The notes under the pieces are model-generated. The model worked only from the letters and a program-made list of their open reading frames with translations, ran no database searches and had not been told where the DNA came from. A stretch of 64,000 bases of DNA from contig CAYUQD010000003.1 of assembly GCA_964446965.1 (NCBI GenBank), positions 3,989 to 67,988 of the forward strand. Reading direction: 5' to 3'. A program made the position numbers and the translations under genes. Position 1 is the stretch's first letter. Every line of letters begins with the position of its first letter. This document shows positions 1-7,935 of this stretch, piece by piece. This DNA comes from an uncultured Candidatus Saccharibacteria bacterium (GTDB lineage: Bacteria > Patescibacteriota > Minisyncoccia > Phycocordibacterales > UBA9973).

Positions 1-1121
1 AGTACAAGCACAATTGGAACAAATACAGATGATATTTTATCAGCTAGTGCTTGAATAGGGGCTTTACTTCCTTGTGCCTCTCCAACCATTTTTACTATAT
101 GGGCAAGCATTGTTTCTGAACCTATTTTAGTAGCTTTGAACGTAAATGAACCTGTGGTATTTATAGTTCCCGCTATAACAGTATCCCCAATAGTTTTTTC
201 TACAGGAACAGGCTCGCCTGTTACCATGGCTTCATCAACAAAAGAAGACCCGTCAGTAAGCACACCATCTACTGGTATTTTCCCTGCTGGCTTCACTACT
301 ATCAAATCCCCATGTACCACTTGGTCTATAGGTATTTCAATTTCTTTTCCTTCTCTAATAACTATTGCTGTTTTAGCTTGTAAATTAAGGAGTTTTTCAA
401 TCGCATCGCCTGTTTTTATTTTGGAGCGAGCCTCAAGGTATTTACCGAATGCGATAAACGCAATGACCACTATCGTTACATCATAGTAGGTGTGTTCAAC
501 ATTGATGAATGCACGAAGCGGTTCTTCAAAAGCAGTAACAATAAAACTGTATAAAAAAGCTACAGAAGTCCCAATACCGATAAGAGTATCCATATTTGCT
601 TTGCCGTAGCGGAGAAATCGATAAAATCCCATAAGATAGGGCTTCCCGACTACAAACAAAGTATATGTAGCAAAAATTGGAAGTAGGTGATGGAAAAATT
701 CATAGACAGTAGCCGACATCTCTCCAACTACCTTAAATTGAGCTAGAATATCCCATGCCATAACAAAAATACTAAAGATAGCGAGAGGTATAACTGATAC
801 AACCTTAGTTTTCATATCAGCTACTTCTTTCAATTTTTCTTTCTTGGATTGATTAAGTCCTAGATGAGAAGCATGTTCATCAGCTGACATTCCCATACTT
901 TCCGCTGTAGGAATTTCGAGTGTATATCCAAGCTTTTCAATCTTTTCAGAAAGATGGTGTGGACTAGTTTTACTTTCATCATAGGCAACCTTAGCAGTTT
1001 CTGTTCCATAATTTACTTCAACAGAATGTACGCCATCTGTCTTTTTGAAGGTCTTTTCAATAATGCTGGCACATGAAGCACAGTGCATTCCTTTTACTTT
1101 GTATGTGTTTGAGGTAGACAT
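1..1121 (-). CDS. copA: Copper-translocating P1B-type ATPase (N-terminal part; runs off window)
   Basis: Manual translation from ATG 1121: MSTSNTYKVKGMHCASC (HMA motif), then ANMDTLIGIG, YLEARSK, VKPAGKIPVDG, DEAMVTGEPVPV; directly downstream of csoR. Confidence 0.92.
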   Translation of the reverse strand, partial: MSTSNTYKVKGMHCASCASIIEKTFKKTDGVHSVEVNYGTETAKVAYDESKTSPHHLSEKIEKLGYTLEIPTAESMGMSADEHASHLGLNQSKKEKLKEVADMKTKVVSVIPLAIFSIFVMAWDILAQFKVVGEMSATVYEFFHHLLPIFATYTLFVVGKPYLMGFYRFLRYGKANMDTLIGIGTSVAFLYSFIVTAFEEPLRAFINVEHTYYDVTIVVIAFIAFGKYLEARSKIKTGDAIEKLLNLQAKTAIVIREGKEIEIPIDQVVHGDLIVVKPAGKIPVDGVLTDGSSFVDEAMVTGEPVPVEKTIGDTVIAGTINTTGSFTFKATKIGSETMLAHIVKMVGEAQGSKAPIQALADKISSVFVPIVLV

Positions 1122-1122
1122 A

Positions 1123-1398
1123 TTATTTTCTCTTTAGTTTATAAACTTTCAAGACTTCCTCTTGTGCCTTTTCAACTTGACCGTTAGACATTTGGTGATG
1201 AACACAATGCCCTAGGTGATTTTCAAGGAGAGCATCTTCGACGCTCGAAAGACTAGACTTCACGGCAGAAGTTTGAGTAATTACATCTATACAATAAGTA
1301 TCATTCTCAATGAGCTTCTGTAATCCTCGCACCTGCCCTTCAATAAGCTTCAAACGACGAACTATATTTGCCTTACCTTTTTCATCCATGTATTTCAT
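1123..1398 (-). CDS. csoR: CsoR/RcnR family copper-sensing repressor
   Basis: RLKLIEGQVRGLQKLIE..YCIDVITQ...LLENHLGHCV (C-H-C metal ligands). Confidence 0.92.
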   Translation of the reverse strand: MKYMDEKGKANIVRRLKLIEGQVRGLQKLIENDTYCIDVITQTSAVKSSLSSVEDALLENHLGHCVHHQMSNGQVEKAQEEVLKVYKLKRK

Positions 1399-1408
1399 AT
1401 TCCTAGTC

Positions 1409-1427
1409 TATACCCCCTAGGGGTATA
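1409..1427. promoter_or_regulatory. CsoR operator
   Basis: Near-palindrome TATACCCCCTAGGGGTATA about 10 nt upstream of csoR; matches the TACCC..GGGTA G/C-tract operators of CsoR. Confidence 0.8.
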
Positions 1428-1627
1428 CGTCAATATGCCGTATCTACCCCCTCAAGAAGAGGTGCTTTATGCGACTTGTAACCCGAGCATTGGCATCAGC
1501 CCTGAATACTCAAGATTGCTTTTTACTTCCTTCCAATTTATAGTTCTAAACGCATCTAACCACTCCCGCAAAAAAAATCGTACATGTTATACCAAAATAT
1601 ATTCCCAAATGCTATAGTAGTCAGTAT

Positions 1628-1948
1628 ATGGATATGATCAAAGGAAAAGTAACAGGATTTATGGACTTTATTCGAGAACAAGGCGTCGTCGGACTTGCAG
1701 TCGGTTTCATTCTCGGTGGCGCTGTCTCAAAGACGGTCACCTCGCTGGTGGAGAACATCATCAACCCGCTCGTTGGTGCAATGCTGGGCAAGGTCGCGCT
1801 CGCAGATAGAGCCGCAACTATCGGTGCCATCTCTATCAAATACGGCGCATTCATTTCTACTGTCGTCGACTTCCTCATTGTTGCCGCTGTTGTCTACTTT
1901 GGTGTCAAAGCACTCGGCCTCGACAAGCTCGACAAAAAGAAAGAGTAA
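1628..1948 (+). CDS. mscL: Large-conductance mechanosensitive channel
   Basis: FMDFIREQGVVGLAVGFILGGAVSKTVTSLVENIINPLV...YGAFISTVVDFLIVA. Confidence 0.9.
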   Translation: MDMIKGKVTGFMDFIREQGVVGLAVGFILGGAVSKTVTSLVENIINPLVGAMLGKVALADRAATIGAISIKYGAFISTVVDFLIVAAVVYFGVKALGLDKLDKKKE

Positions 1949-1970
1949 CTCCTCGTGATACACTAGCACT

Positions 1971-2459
1971 ATGCCTCTAGAAACTCAGACATCACCCACT
2001 CCTCCCCCATCACTCTCGTGGAGTGTGCTCGAATTTCAACCGCAAGACCGTCATCCCGACTGGCTCTGGTATACAGGGCTCGTCTTTGGGATTGCGGCGA
2101 CCGTGTCATTCTTTTATGGCAATATTTTCTTTGGGATATTCCTCGTCGTGGCTGGAGCATGTGTCATCCTCTTTGCACAGCGGGCACCACAGATGATGGT
2201 GGTGACCTTTAATGAGAAAGATGTGTTGGTGGACAAGACTCTCATCACCTATGACCGGATCACTCAGTTTTGGATTGACGAAACCGGAAAACCGGATAAG
2301 CTGTTAATGCTCGTCAAAGGACACATCGTCCCCATGATGACAATCCCTCTCGGAGGCGTGACGGCAGCTACTGTCCGCACCGAGATGACCAAGCATGCCC
2401 CCGAAGTCACTATGCGTGAACCTCTAGGTATCAAGATCGCAGAGCGCCTCGGATTCTAG
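1971..2459 (+). CDS. Hypothetical membrane protein (2 TM plus soluble C-terminal domain)
   Basis: ORF with host-like codon usage and two hydrophobic helices. Confidence 0.7.
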   Translation: MPLETQTSPTPPPSLSWSVLEFQPQDRHPDWLWYTGLVFGIAATVSFFYGNIFFGIFLVVAGACVILFAQRAPQMMVVTFNEKDVLVDKTLITYDRITQFWIDETGKPDKLLMLVKGHIVPMMTIPLGGVTAATVRTEMTKHAPEVTMREPLGIKIAERLGF

Positions 2460-2483
2460 TACGCCGTTCCCCCACCATCTATC

Positions 2484-2555
2484 CCTCTCGTCGTTCAATG
2501 GATAGGACGTAACTTTGCGGAAGTTATGATATAGGTTCGATTCCTATCGAGAGGA
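2484..2555 (+). tRNA. tRNA-Arg(GCG), CCA not encoded
   Basis: Cloverleaf: acceptor CCTCTCG/CGAGAGG, anticodon stem TAACT/AGTTA with loop TTGCGGA, T arm ATAGG-TTCGATT-CCTAT. Confidence 0.9.
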
Positions 2556-2613
2556 CATTTTTTTCTAAACAAAAAACCTCCCCGAAGGAAGGCTTTTCAA
2601 AAAACACCTCAAC

Positions 2614-2847
2614 TTAATGATATAAAATCACAATGATAGGAATAAGGAAACACACTATAAAGAATACCGCGTAGAGGAGAGCCTTCTTTATAGGGCATAT
2701 GTAGGTTATTGCGGCAATACAAATGATTGTCACAATAAGCCATTGTGGTATGAGCCACACAATAATTCCCAATGATGCGATGATACCAAAGATTAGTGCT
2801 TCTTTCCTGGCAAATAAATGCCGACCGAGTGCTTGAACTTTTTTCAT
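2614..2847 (-). CDS. Small hydrophobic orphan protein
   Basis: AT-rich ORF with about 3 TM segments; own TTGACA-N16-TAGTAT promoter (2867-2894). Confidence 0.55.
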   Translation of the reverse strand: MKKVQALGRHLFARKEALIFGIIASLGIIVWLIPQWLIVTIICIAAITYICPIKKALLYAVFFIVCFLIPIIVILYH

Positions 2848-2895
2848 CCTGCCCAATTTGTACTTGATACTAGTACAAAACCCCTTTTTGTCAAT

Positions 2896-3159
2896 CTACT
2901 TTACTCCTGCCCATTTTTTCAGTTCGTCGAATGAAACTTCACCACAGAGCCATGCTTTGTTGTCACTGTTAAAGTAGAACGGTACTCCCCCACACTTATC
3001 TCCCTTATCGCATTCCTTGATGAACTCCATGTTGCGTTTGTCATGCCAGACTTCCTTGCGAGAGATCACTACTTCTGGGTACTCCTTCATGAGTTTGTTC
3101 GTCAGCTCGCGCATACGCTGACAGTGTGGACATTCTTCTCCATAGAATTCATATAACAT
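2896..3159 (-). CDS. Thioredoxin/glutaredoxin-like protein
   Basis: FYGEECPHC redox motif and GVPFY cis-Pro motif. Confidence 0.8.
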   Translation of the reverse strand: MLYEFYGEECPHCQRMRELTNKLMKEYPEVVISRKEVWHDKRNMEFIKECDKGDKCGGVPFYFNSDNKAWLCGEVSFDELKKWAGVK

Positions 3160-3268
3160 GTGTGTAGTATAGCAAATAAAAAATACCCCATGGGTGAGCA
3201 AGAGGGTATTTTTTGAAAAAAGGGTTGGGCGTGGGTTTGGCTTTTTGAAAAGAATACCCTTGCGCGAA

Positions 3269-3529
3269 CTATTTCTCCTTTGTCATGCGAGAGAGGCGAG
3301 CCTTCTTGCGACTTGCGGTGTTCTTTTTGATGACACCTTTCTTTGCAGCCTTGTCGATGGCACTGTATGCGGCCTTGAGAGACTCCTTTGCATCCTTCCA
3401 GTTCTTGGCGACAACGAGCTTCTGGAGGTCTTTGACGCCTTCTTTGAGGGATTTCTTTGTACGAGTATTGATCGCGTTTTTCTTTTCAGAGACGCGGAGG
3501 GCCTTTTTGGCATTTCGGGTGATTGGCAT
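3269..3529 (-). CDS. rpsT: 30S ribosomal protein S20
   Basis: MPITRNAKKALRVSEKK...AYSAIDKAAKKGVIKKNTASRKKARL. Confidence 0.96.
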   Translation of the reverse strand: MPITRNAKKALRVSEKKNAINTRTKKSLKEGVKDLQKLVVAKNWKDAKESLKAAYSAIDKAAKKGVIKKNTASRKKARLSRMTKEK

Positions 3530-3586
3530 AACGGCAAAACTATAGCAGGAGAGACCCAATTGTGCAAGGGGTGGTATACTTTGGCC

Positions 3587-4132
3587 ATGATTGCACGGAT
3601 ACAAGGAGTCGTCGTGGACATTGTGGACAAAGGGGTCGTGGTCGACACAGGCCCCGTCGGCTACCTCGTCTATACTCCAGCACTGCTCGCTCCTGGTACC
3701 TCTGTCACCCTCCATACCCACCTCATCATCCGCGATGACGCACACGAACTCTACGGCTTTGCGACTGCTGAGGAGAAGGCACTCTTCACAACCCTTATCG
3801 GTGTCACTGGTGTCGGTCCCAAGACGGGGCTACAGATGCTCACCATATATCCACTCCCCGATCTCGTCGGCGCGATCCGTGCCGGAGATGCAAAGGCAAT
3901 ATCCCTCGTCCCCGGTATTGGCAAAAAAACCGCCGAGAAGGTCATCATCGACCTCAAGGACAAACTCGAAGGCTATGCGACGAGTGGGAGCAGTGCGAGT
4001 AATGATCTCGTCGAGGCACTCCTCTCGCTCGGATTCAAGGATCACGATATCCGCTCCACTCTCCCCACTCTCGACACCACACTCCCCATCGAACAACAGA
4101 TCACGATCGCGCTACAAATCCTCAAGAAATAA
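3587..4132 (+). CDS. ruvA: Holliday junction branch migration protein RuvA
   Basis: MIARIQG...IRDDAHELYGF...LIGVTGVGPK...VPGIGKKTAEKVIIDLKDK. Confidence 0.95.
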   Translation: MIARIQGVVVDIVDKGVVVDTGPVGYLVYTPALLAPGTSVTLHTHLIIRDDAHELYGFATAEEKALFTTLIGVTGVGPKTGLQMLTIYPLPDLVGAIRAGDAKAISLVPGIGKKTAEKVIIDLKDKLEGYATSGSSASNDLVEALLSLGFKDHDIRSTLPTLDTTLPIEQQITIALQILKK

Positions 4133-4162
4133 AGAATGCCTCCCGTGTGGGAGGCATTATCA

Positions 4163-4747
4163 CTAATTTGTATGTTGCTGTATCCAGTCAATAAATACAT
4201 GGAGATGCAATCGATAGAAGTCTGTCAAGAGATCACTGTGGTTCATCCGTGCGTGTTGTCCCAACAATTCTTTGTAATGAGGATCTCCGAATTTAGTATG
4301 GGGAGCAATATCTATCTGTTTGCTCAGCCCGCAAACTTCGGTAAGTTCTGCAAAGAAGCTCGGCTCTATATCAAATACAGAAAGTACTGGCATTCTATTA
4401 AAATATTTTTCAAGTTCAGCATACGCATGACAGTGCAGATCAGTGATACCACACCCTCGTTTCGTGTCGATAATTCTTTTCCGAAGCTTTTGGTCAGAAG
4501 TTGTAGTGAACCACTCCATCGGCTTCATCAAGAATTGTCCAAGAAATACAGATCCCGAAATTTCATCAGGAAAAAGATTTTTAATGGTTTTGAAATAAAT
4601 TTCCCTTTTTACCGGTACATGACTACACGGGAGAATGTCATTGAACAAATTGATCCGCTCATTGATTCTCTGTGTCAGTTTGTCGATAGTAGGGGTGTGT
4701 CTATTTTGTTCAGTTGTGTGGTGCATGGGCGATAGATTTTTCTCCAT
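4163..4747 (-). CDS. Hypothetical orphan protein (true start possibly 4726)
   Basis: AT-rich ORF; TTGACA-N16-TAGTAT at 4746-4773. Confidence 0.55.
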   Translation of the reverse strand: MEKNLSPMHHTTEQNRHTPTIDKLTQRINERINLFNDILPCSHVPVKREIYFKTIKNLFPDEISGSVFLGQFLMKPMEWFTTTSDQKLRKRIIDTKRGCGITDLHCHAYAELEKYFNRMPVLSVFDIEPSFFAELTEVCGLSKQIDIAPHTKFGDPHYKELLGQHARMNHSDLLTDFYRLHLHVFIDWIQQHTN

Positions 4748-4791
4748 ACTACCTCGCCATTACCTTTTGTCAAAAGGTGTATACTACTGAC

Positions 4792-4944
4792 ATGCATAGT
4801 GAACTCAAATGGTTTCTCCTCCTCTTTGTCGGTCTGTGGCTCGCCTGGCTCGTCACTGGTGGACCCTCTCGCATCCAACAAAACCGCGCAAATCCATTCA
4901 TCCAAGAGACATACAATGGAGGACAGATCTATCACAGTCGTTAG
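4792..4944 (+). CDS. Small single-TM protein
   Basis: MHSELKWFLLLFVGLWLAWLVTGGPSR; TATACT just upstream; host-like codon usage. Confidence 0.55.
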   Translation: MHSELKWFLLLFVGLWLAWLVTGGPSRIQQNRANPFIQETYNGGQIYHSR

Positions 4945-5420
4945 ATATTGAGCATGCGATAGAGTGCGATACCTCCAGCCACTGCAACATTGAGAGATTC
5001 TTTTTTACCTTTCATAGGTATCACCACAATAGTATCTACTAGACTCAATACATCTGGTGCAATACCTCCGACTTCGTTACCGAGAATGAACGCAGTGGGT
5101 CCTTCGACTATCACTTGCTTGTAATCAATCGCTTCAACAGATTGCTCTATTGCAATTATTCTAATTCCTTTTTCTTTGAGTTCAGTAATCAGCACCCCTA
5201 TATCATCATACGGTTGCCACGGCATCGTGAGCTGTGCACCGAGGGCCGTCTTTGCAATGTCGCTTCGTGCCCGCCCAAATCGATCGAGTGGTTGTGGAGT
5301 AATAGCCGAGAGATAGATCTCCGATATTCCCGCCGCGTCAGCCGTCCGAAAGAGGGACCCCACGTTCTGCGCACTACGTATATCGTGCAATATGAGGATG
5401 GTATGTGGCGTTGATTTCAT
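4941..5420 (-). CDS. TrmH/SpoU family RNA methyltransferase
   Basis: LHDIRSAQNVGSLFRTADAAG; LGNEVGGI; IPMKGKKESLNVAVA. Confidence 0.92.
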   Translation of the reverse strand: MKSTPHTILILHDIRSAQNVGSLFRTADAAGISEIYLSAITPQPLDRFGRARSDIAKTALGAQLTMPWQPYDDIGVLITELKEKGIRIIAIEQSVEAIDYKQVIVEGPTAFILGNEVGGIAPDVLSLVDTIVVIPMKGKKESLNVAVAGGIALYRMLNI

Positions 5421-5479
5421 ACGGTACGCATGGTATAGTTTTGCTACTTTTTTGCAAGACATAGTTGCAAACAAACCAT

Positions 5480-5552
5480 GCCCCTATAGCTCAGTTGGTA
5501 GAGCAGCTCCCTTTTAAGGAGACGGTCGTAGGTTCGAATCCTACTGGGGGCA
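5480..5552 (+). tRNA. tRNA-Lys(TTT)
   Basis: GCCCCTATAGCTCAGTTGGTAGAGCA, anticodon loop CTTTTAA, GTAGGTTCGAATCCTAC. Confidence 0.95.
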
Positions 5553-5660
5553 CAATAAAATCACGAAGTGATTTTTCCCAGAAGGTTCGAACCGTAAGGT
5601 GCCTATTTTTAAGGAGCAAAGCGACTATATAAAATAGTGCATCTCGACCGCAGGGAGAGG

Positions 5661-5681
5661 CGAATCCTACTGGGGGCACAA
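5661..5681 (+). repeat. 21-bp direct repeat of the tRNA-Lys 3' end
   Basis: CGAATCCTACTGGGGGCACAA at both 5535-5555 and 5661-5681. Confidence 0.9.
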
Positions 5682-5735
5682 AAACACCCTCAATGGAAGT
5701 TGCAAAAGTTGCTCGTGCACGGTACCGTAGTATGT

Positions 5736-6131
5736 ATGAAGAAACAATATTGGATCTGGATCGTAGTCACTGTACTCATCATTGGAGGACTCATCGCACT
5801 GTTGGTCGTACAAGCAAAAAAGCCAGGCAAATATGACACCGTCGCACAATGTATCAATGACAGTGGTGCAACATTCTACGGCGCATTCTGGTGTCCGCAC
5901 TGCCAAGCAACCAAGGCAATGTTCGGCAAGAGTGCAAAACTCCTCCCCTACGTCGAATGTTCACAACCCAGTGGCAAAGGCCAACTGCAAATCTGTATAG
6001 ATGCGGGTGTGACCGGATATCCTACTTGGAGATTTGCCGATGGGAGCGAGCTCGGTGGTGAGCGCAGTATGAGTGAACTCGCCGCAAAAACCAACTGCCA
6101 AGCCCCTCTCGACGCGATCAACGCACAATAG
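5736..6131 (+). CDS. Membrane-anchored thioredoxin-fold protein
   Basis: N-terminal TM; FYGAFWCPHC, YVEC, GYPTW; adjacent to DsbB. Confidence 0.85.
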   Translation: MKKQYWIWIVVTVLIIGGLIALLVVQAKKPGKYDTVAQCINDSGATFYGAFWCPHCQATKAMFGKSAKLLPYVECSQPSGKGQLQICIDAGVTGYPTWRFADGSELGGERSMSELAAKTNCQAPLDAINAQ

Positions 6132-6132
6132 T

Positions 6133-6660
6133 ATGTTCAACACCTTTGCAGCGCTCGGAACGATCGCAATCCAAATAGCTCTCGTTATTACAGTCATTGG
6201 ATATTTTGCCCGTGCTCCATTTATTCGTACTGTTGCCAACAATGCAGGACTCCTCGTCGCAAGTATATTCTCGATGAGCGTTATTATGAGCTTCATCTAT
6301 CAATACGGATTTGGGTACGAACCATGCCTGCTCTGCTGGTATCAGCGCATCTTTATTATTCCTGTTGCACTCCTCGCATGGACTGCATCACTACGCACCA
6401 GTCGTCTCCTCCAAAATCAAGTCATCATTCTCTCTGGGATGGGAGTATTGATCGCATTGTTCCATGTGATCATCGACATCTTCCCCACCGGTCTCGATGT
6501 CTGCGGAGCTACCGGTACGAGCTGTCTCGTGCGCTATGTGTACGAGTTTGGCTACATTACGATCCCGATGATGTCATTCACCATACTCTCAGCTGGACTC
6601 TTCCTCTCACTCCTCGCTAAGTATTATCCACAGAGCGATCTTGTGACTTCTGACAAGTAA
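6133..6660 (+). CDS. dsbB: Disulfide bond formation protein DsbB/BdbC
   Basis: YEPCLLCWYQRI; second Cys pair; FGYITIPMMS; multiple TM. Confidence 0.88.
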   Translation: MFNTFAALGTIAIQIALVITVIGYFARAPFIRTVANNAGLLVASIFSMSVIMSFIYQYGFGYEPCLLCWYQRIFIIPVALLAWTASLRTSRLLQNQVIILSGMGVLIALFHVIIDIFPTGLDVCGATGTSCLVRYVYEFGYITIPMMSFTILSAGLFLSLLAKYYPQSDLVTSDK

Positions 6661-6832
6661 CGTATACTTATGTATAAGTCCCCGTACCTTCGACTCATAC
6701 AGAGTCTCCTGTATCGACAGATACATATCGTTCCTTCCCTAGCAGTTCATTCGCACTCATAATAATAAAGTTTTTTACTCCTCAAAGGCCCCTTTCTCAA
6801 AAAGTGGCCTTTATTTTTTGTACTATTATTTT

Positions 6833-7456
6833 TTATTGCTCAAGTATTACCTTTTCTACCATGAGTTCCAGTGGTGCACCTGTCTCCCACGCACGTGCAT
6901 GCGCGAGCAAGAGACTCCGATACAGGGCGTCATACGTTGCTTTCTCTCTTGGACTCTTTGCAGACATATCACGCACTTTCCAATACAGTATTCCCATCAC
7001 TGCTTCGATACTACTATCGATGAGTGCCGCACGAAATGCGAGCCAGCGAGATTTCTTGTCAGATGCAGTGAGTGCTTTGGTTACTGCAAATACATCTCCC
7101 TCTTTTTTTGAAGGAGATTTTTTTTCACCAACATGAACGACTGCTCCAACCTTTTTGAATACAGTAACCGTTGGCGCAGGTAGTGCGATCTCTTCAAAGA
7201 TGAACATTGTCGGACTCACGAGGAGCTGCTTGAGGAATGGAGCTGCAATAGCAGTCTCTGTACCGAGCATATACTTCACATGTACAACAGGTGCTGCAGG
7301 ACTAAAGAGTGAGGGGTAGAGATACTGCTCGAGATCAAGGACACTACCATACGTATCGTCATACATGATCACCTCACTATCCACGAGCGGATCAGTGATC
7401 GATGCGATGTGTGTGTGTCGAGTAGTTTGGTTGTCGGCAACAATGAGAAAGAGCAT
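6833..7456 (-). CDS. holA: Probable shortened DNA polymerase III delta subunit
   Basis: N-terminal MLFLIV, SLFS motif, C-terminal DVFAVTKAL...GILYWKVR...LELMVEK typical of HolA; only 207 aa. Confidence 0.55.
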   Translation of the reverse strand: MLFLIVADNQTTRHTHIASITDPLVDSEVIMYDDTYGSVLDLEQYLYPSLFSPAAPVVHVKYMLGTETAIAAPFLKQLLVSPTMFIFEEIALPAPTVTVFKKVGAVVHVGEKKSPSKKEGDVFAVTKALTASDKKSRWLAFRAALIDSSIEAVMGILYWKVRDMSAKSPREKATYDALYRSLLLAHARAWETGAPLELMVEKVILEQ

Positions 7457-7935
7457 TAGAGAATCTTTGGGACGTCTTGTTTGTAATCCTCGTAGGCACC
7501 ATCATATGTCTCATAGAGTGCTGCCTCGTATTTATGAAAAAAGATATTTGAGATGAAGTATCCGATCACCGTCACCGCAAAAAATGCGAGTGACCCCGAC
7601 ACGACCGTATACCCTGTCACGAGCAAGACGATCCCGAGATGGGTGGGGTTGCGCATATAGCGATATGGTCCACGAAAGAAGTATGGCTTTGTCTGTGTAC
7701 CTGCAGTATGCATACCTCGACGCGATGTGTACTGTGCCCACACGACGAGCACTGCACCCACTCCAAAGCAGACAAATGCGGTGATCTGTGCGTGGAGACT
7801 TGGTGGTATCTCGTACCCGATCATTGTATCGACAAAGAGTCCGATAATACTGCCGAGGAAGTATGCAAAATACGATCGAGCCAGCGAGCTATGCATAGTG
7901 TGCTGTGAGTCAGTCATAGTATGTATTGTAACCAT
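7456..7935 (-). CDS. Isoprenylcysteine carboxyl/phospholipid methyltransferase family membrane protein
   Basis: GPYRYMRNPTHLG; E..L...Y...YEDYKQDVP. Confidence 0.8.
   Translation of the reverse strand: MVTIHTMTDSQHTMHSSLARSYFAYFLGSIIGLFVDTMIGYEIPPSLHAQITAFVCFGVGAVLVVWAQYTSRRGMHTAGTQTKPYFFRGPYRYMRNPTHLGIVLLVTGYTVVSGSLAFFAVTVIGYFISNIFFHKYEAALYETYDGAYEDYKQDVPKIL

Noticed and set aside
3194-3586. Long N-terminal extension of RuvA in the ORF track
   Set aside because: Antisense shadow of rpsT; RuvA similarity starts at ATG 3587 behind a TATACT box
5491-5679. 62-aa ORF with an internal repeat
   Set aside because: Antisense translation of tRNA-Lys and its duplicated 3' end
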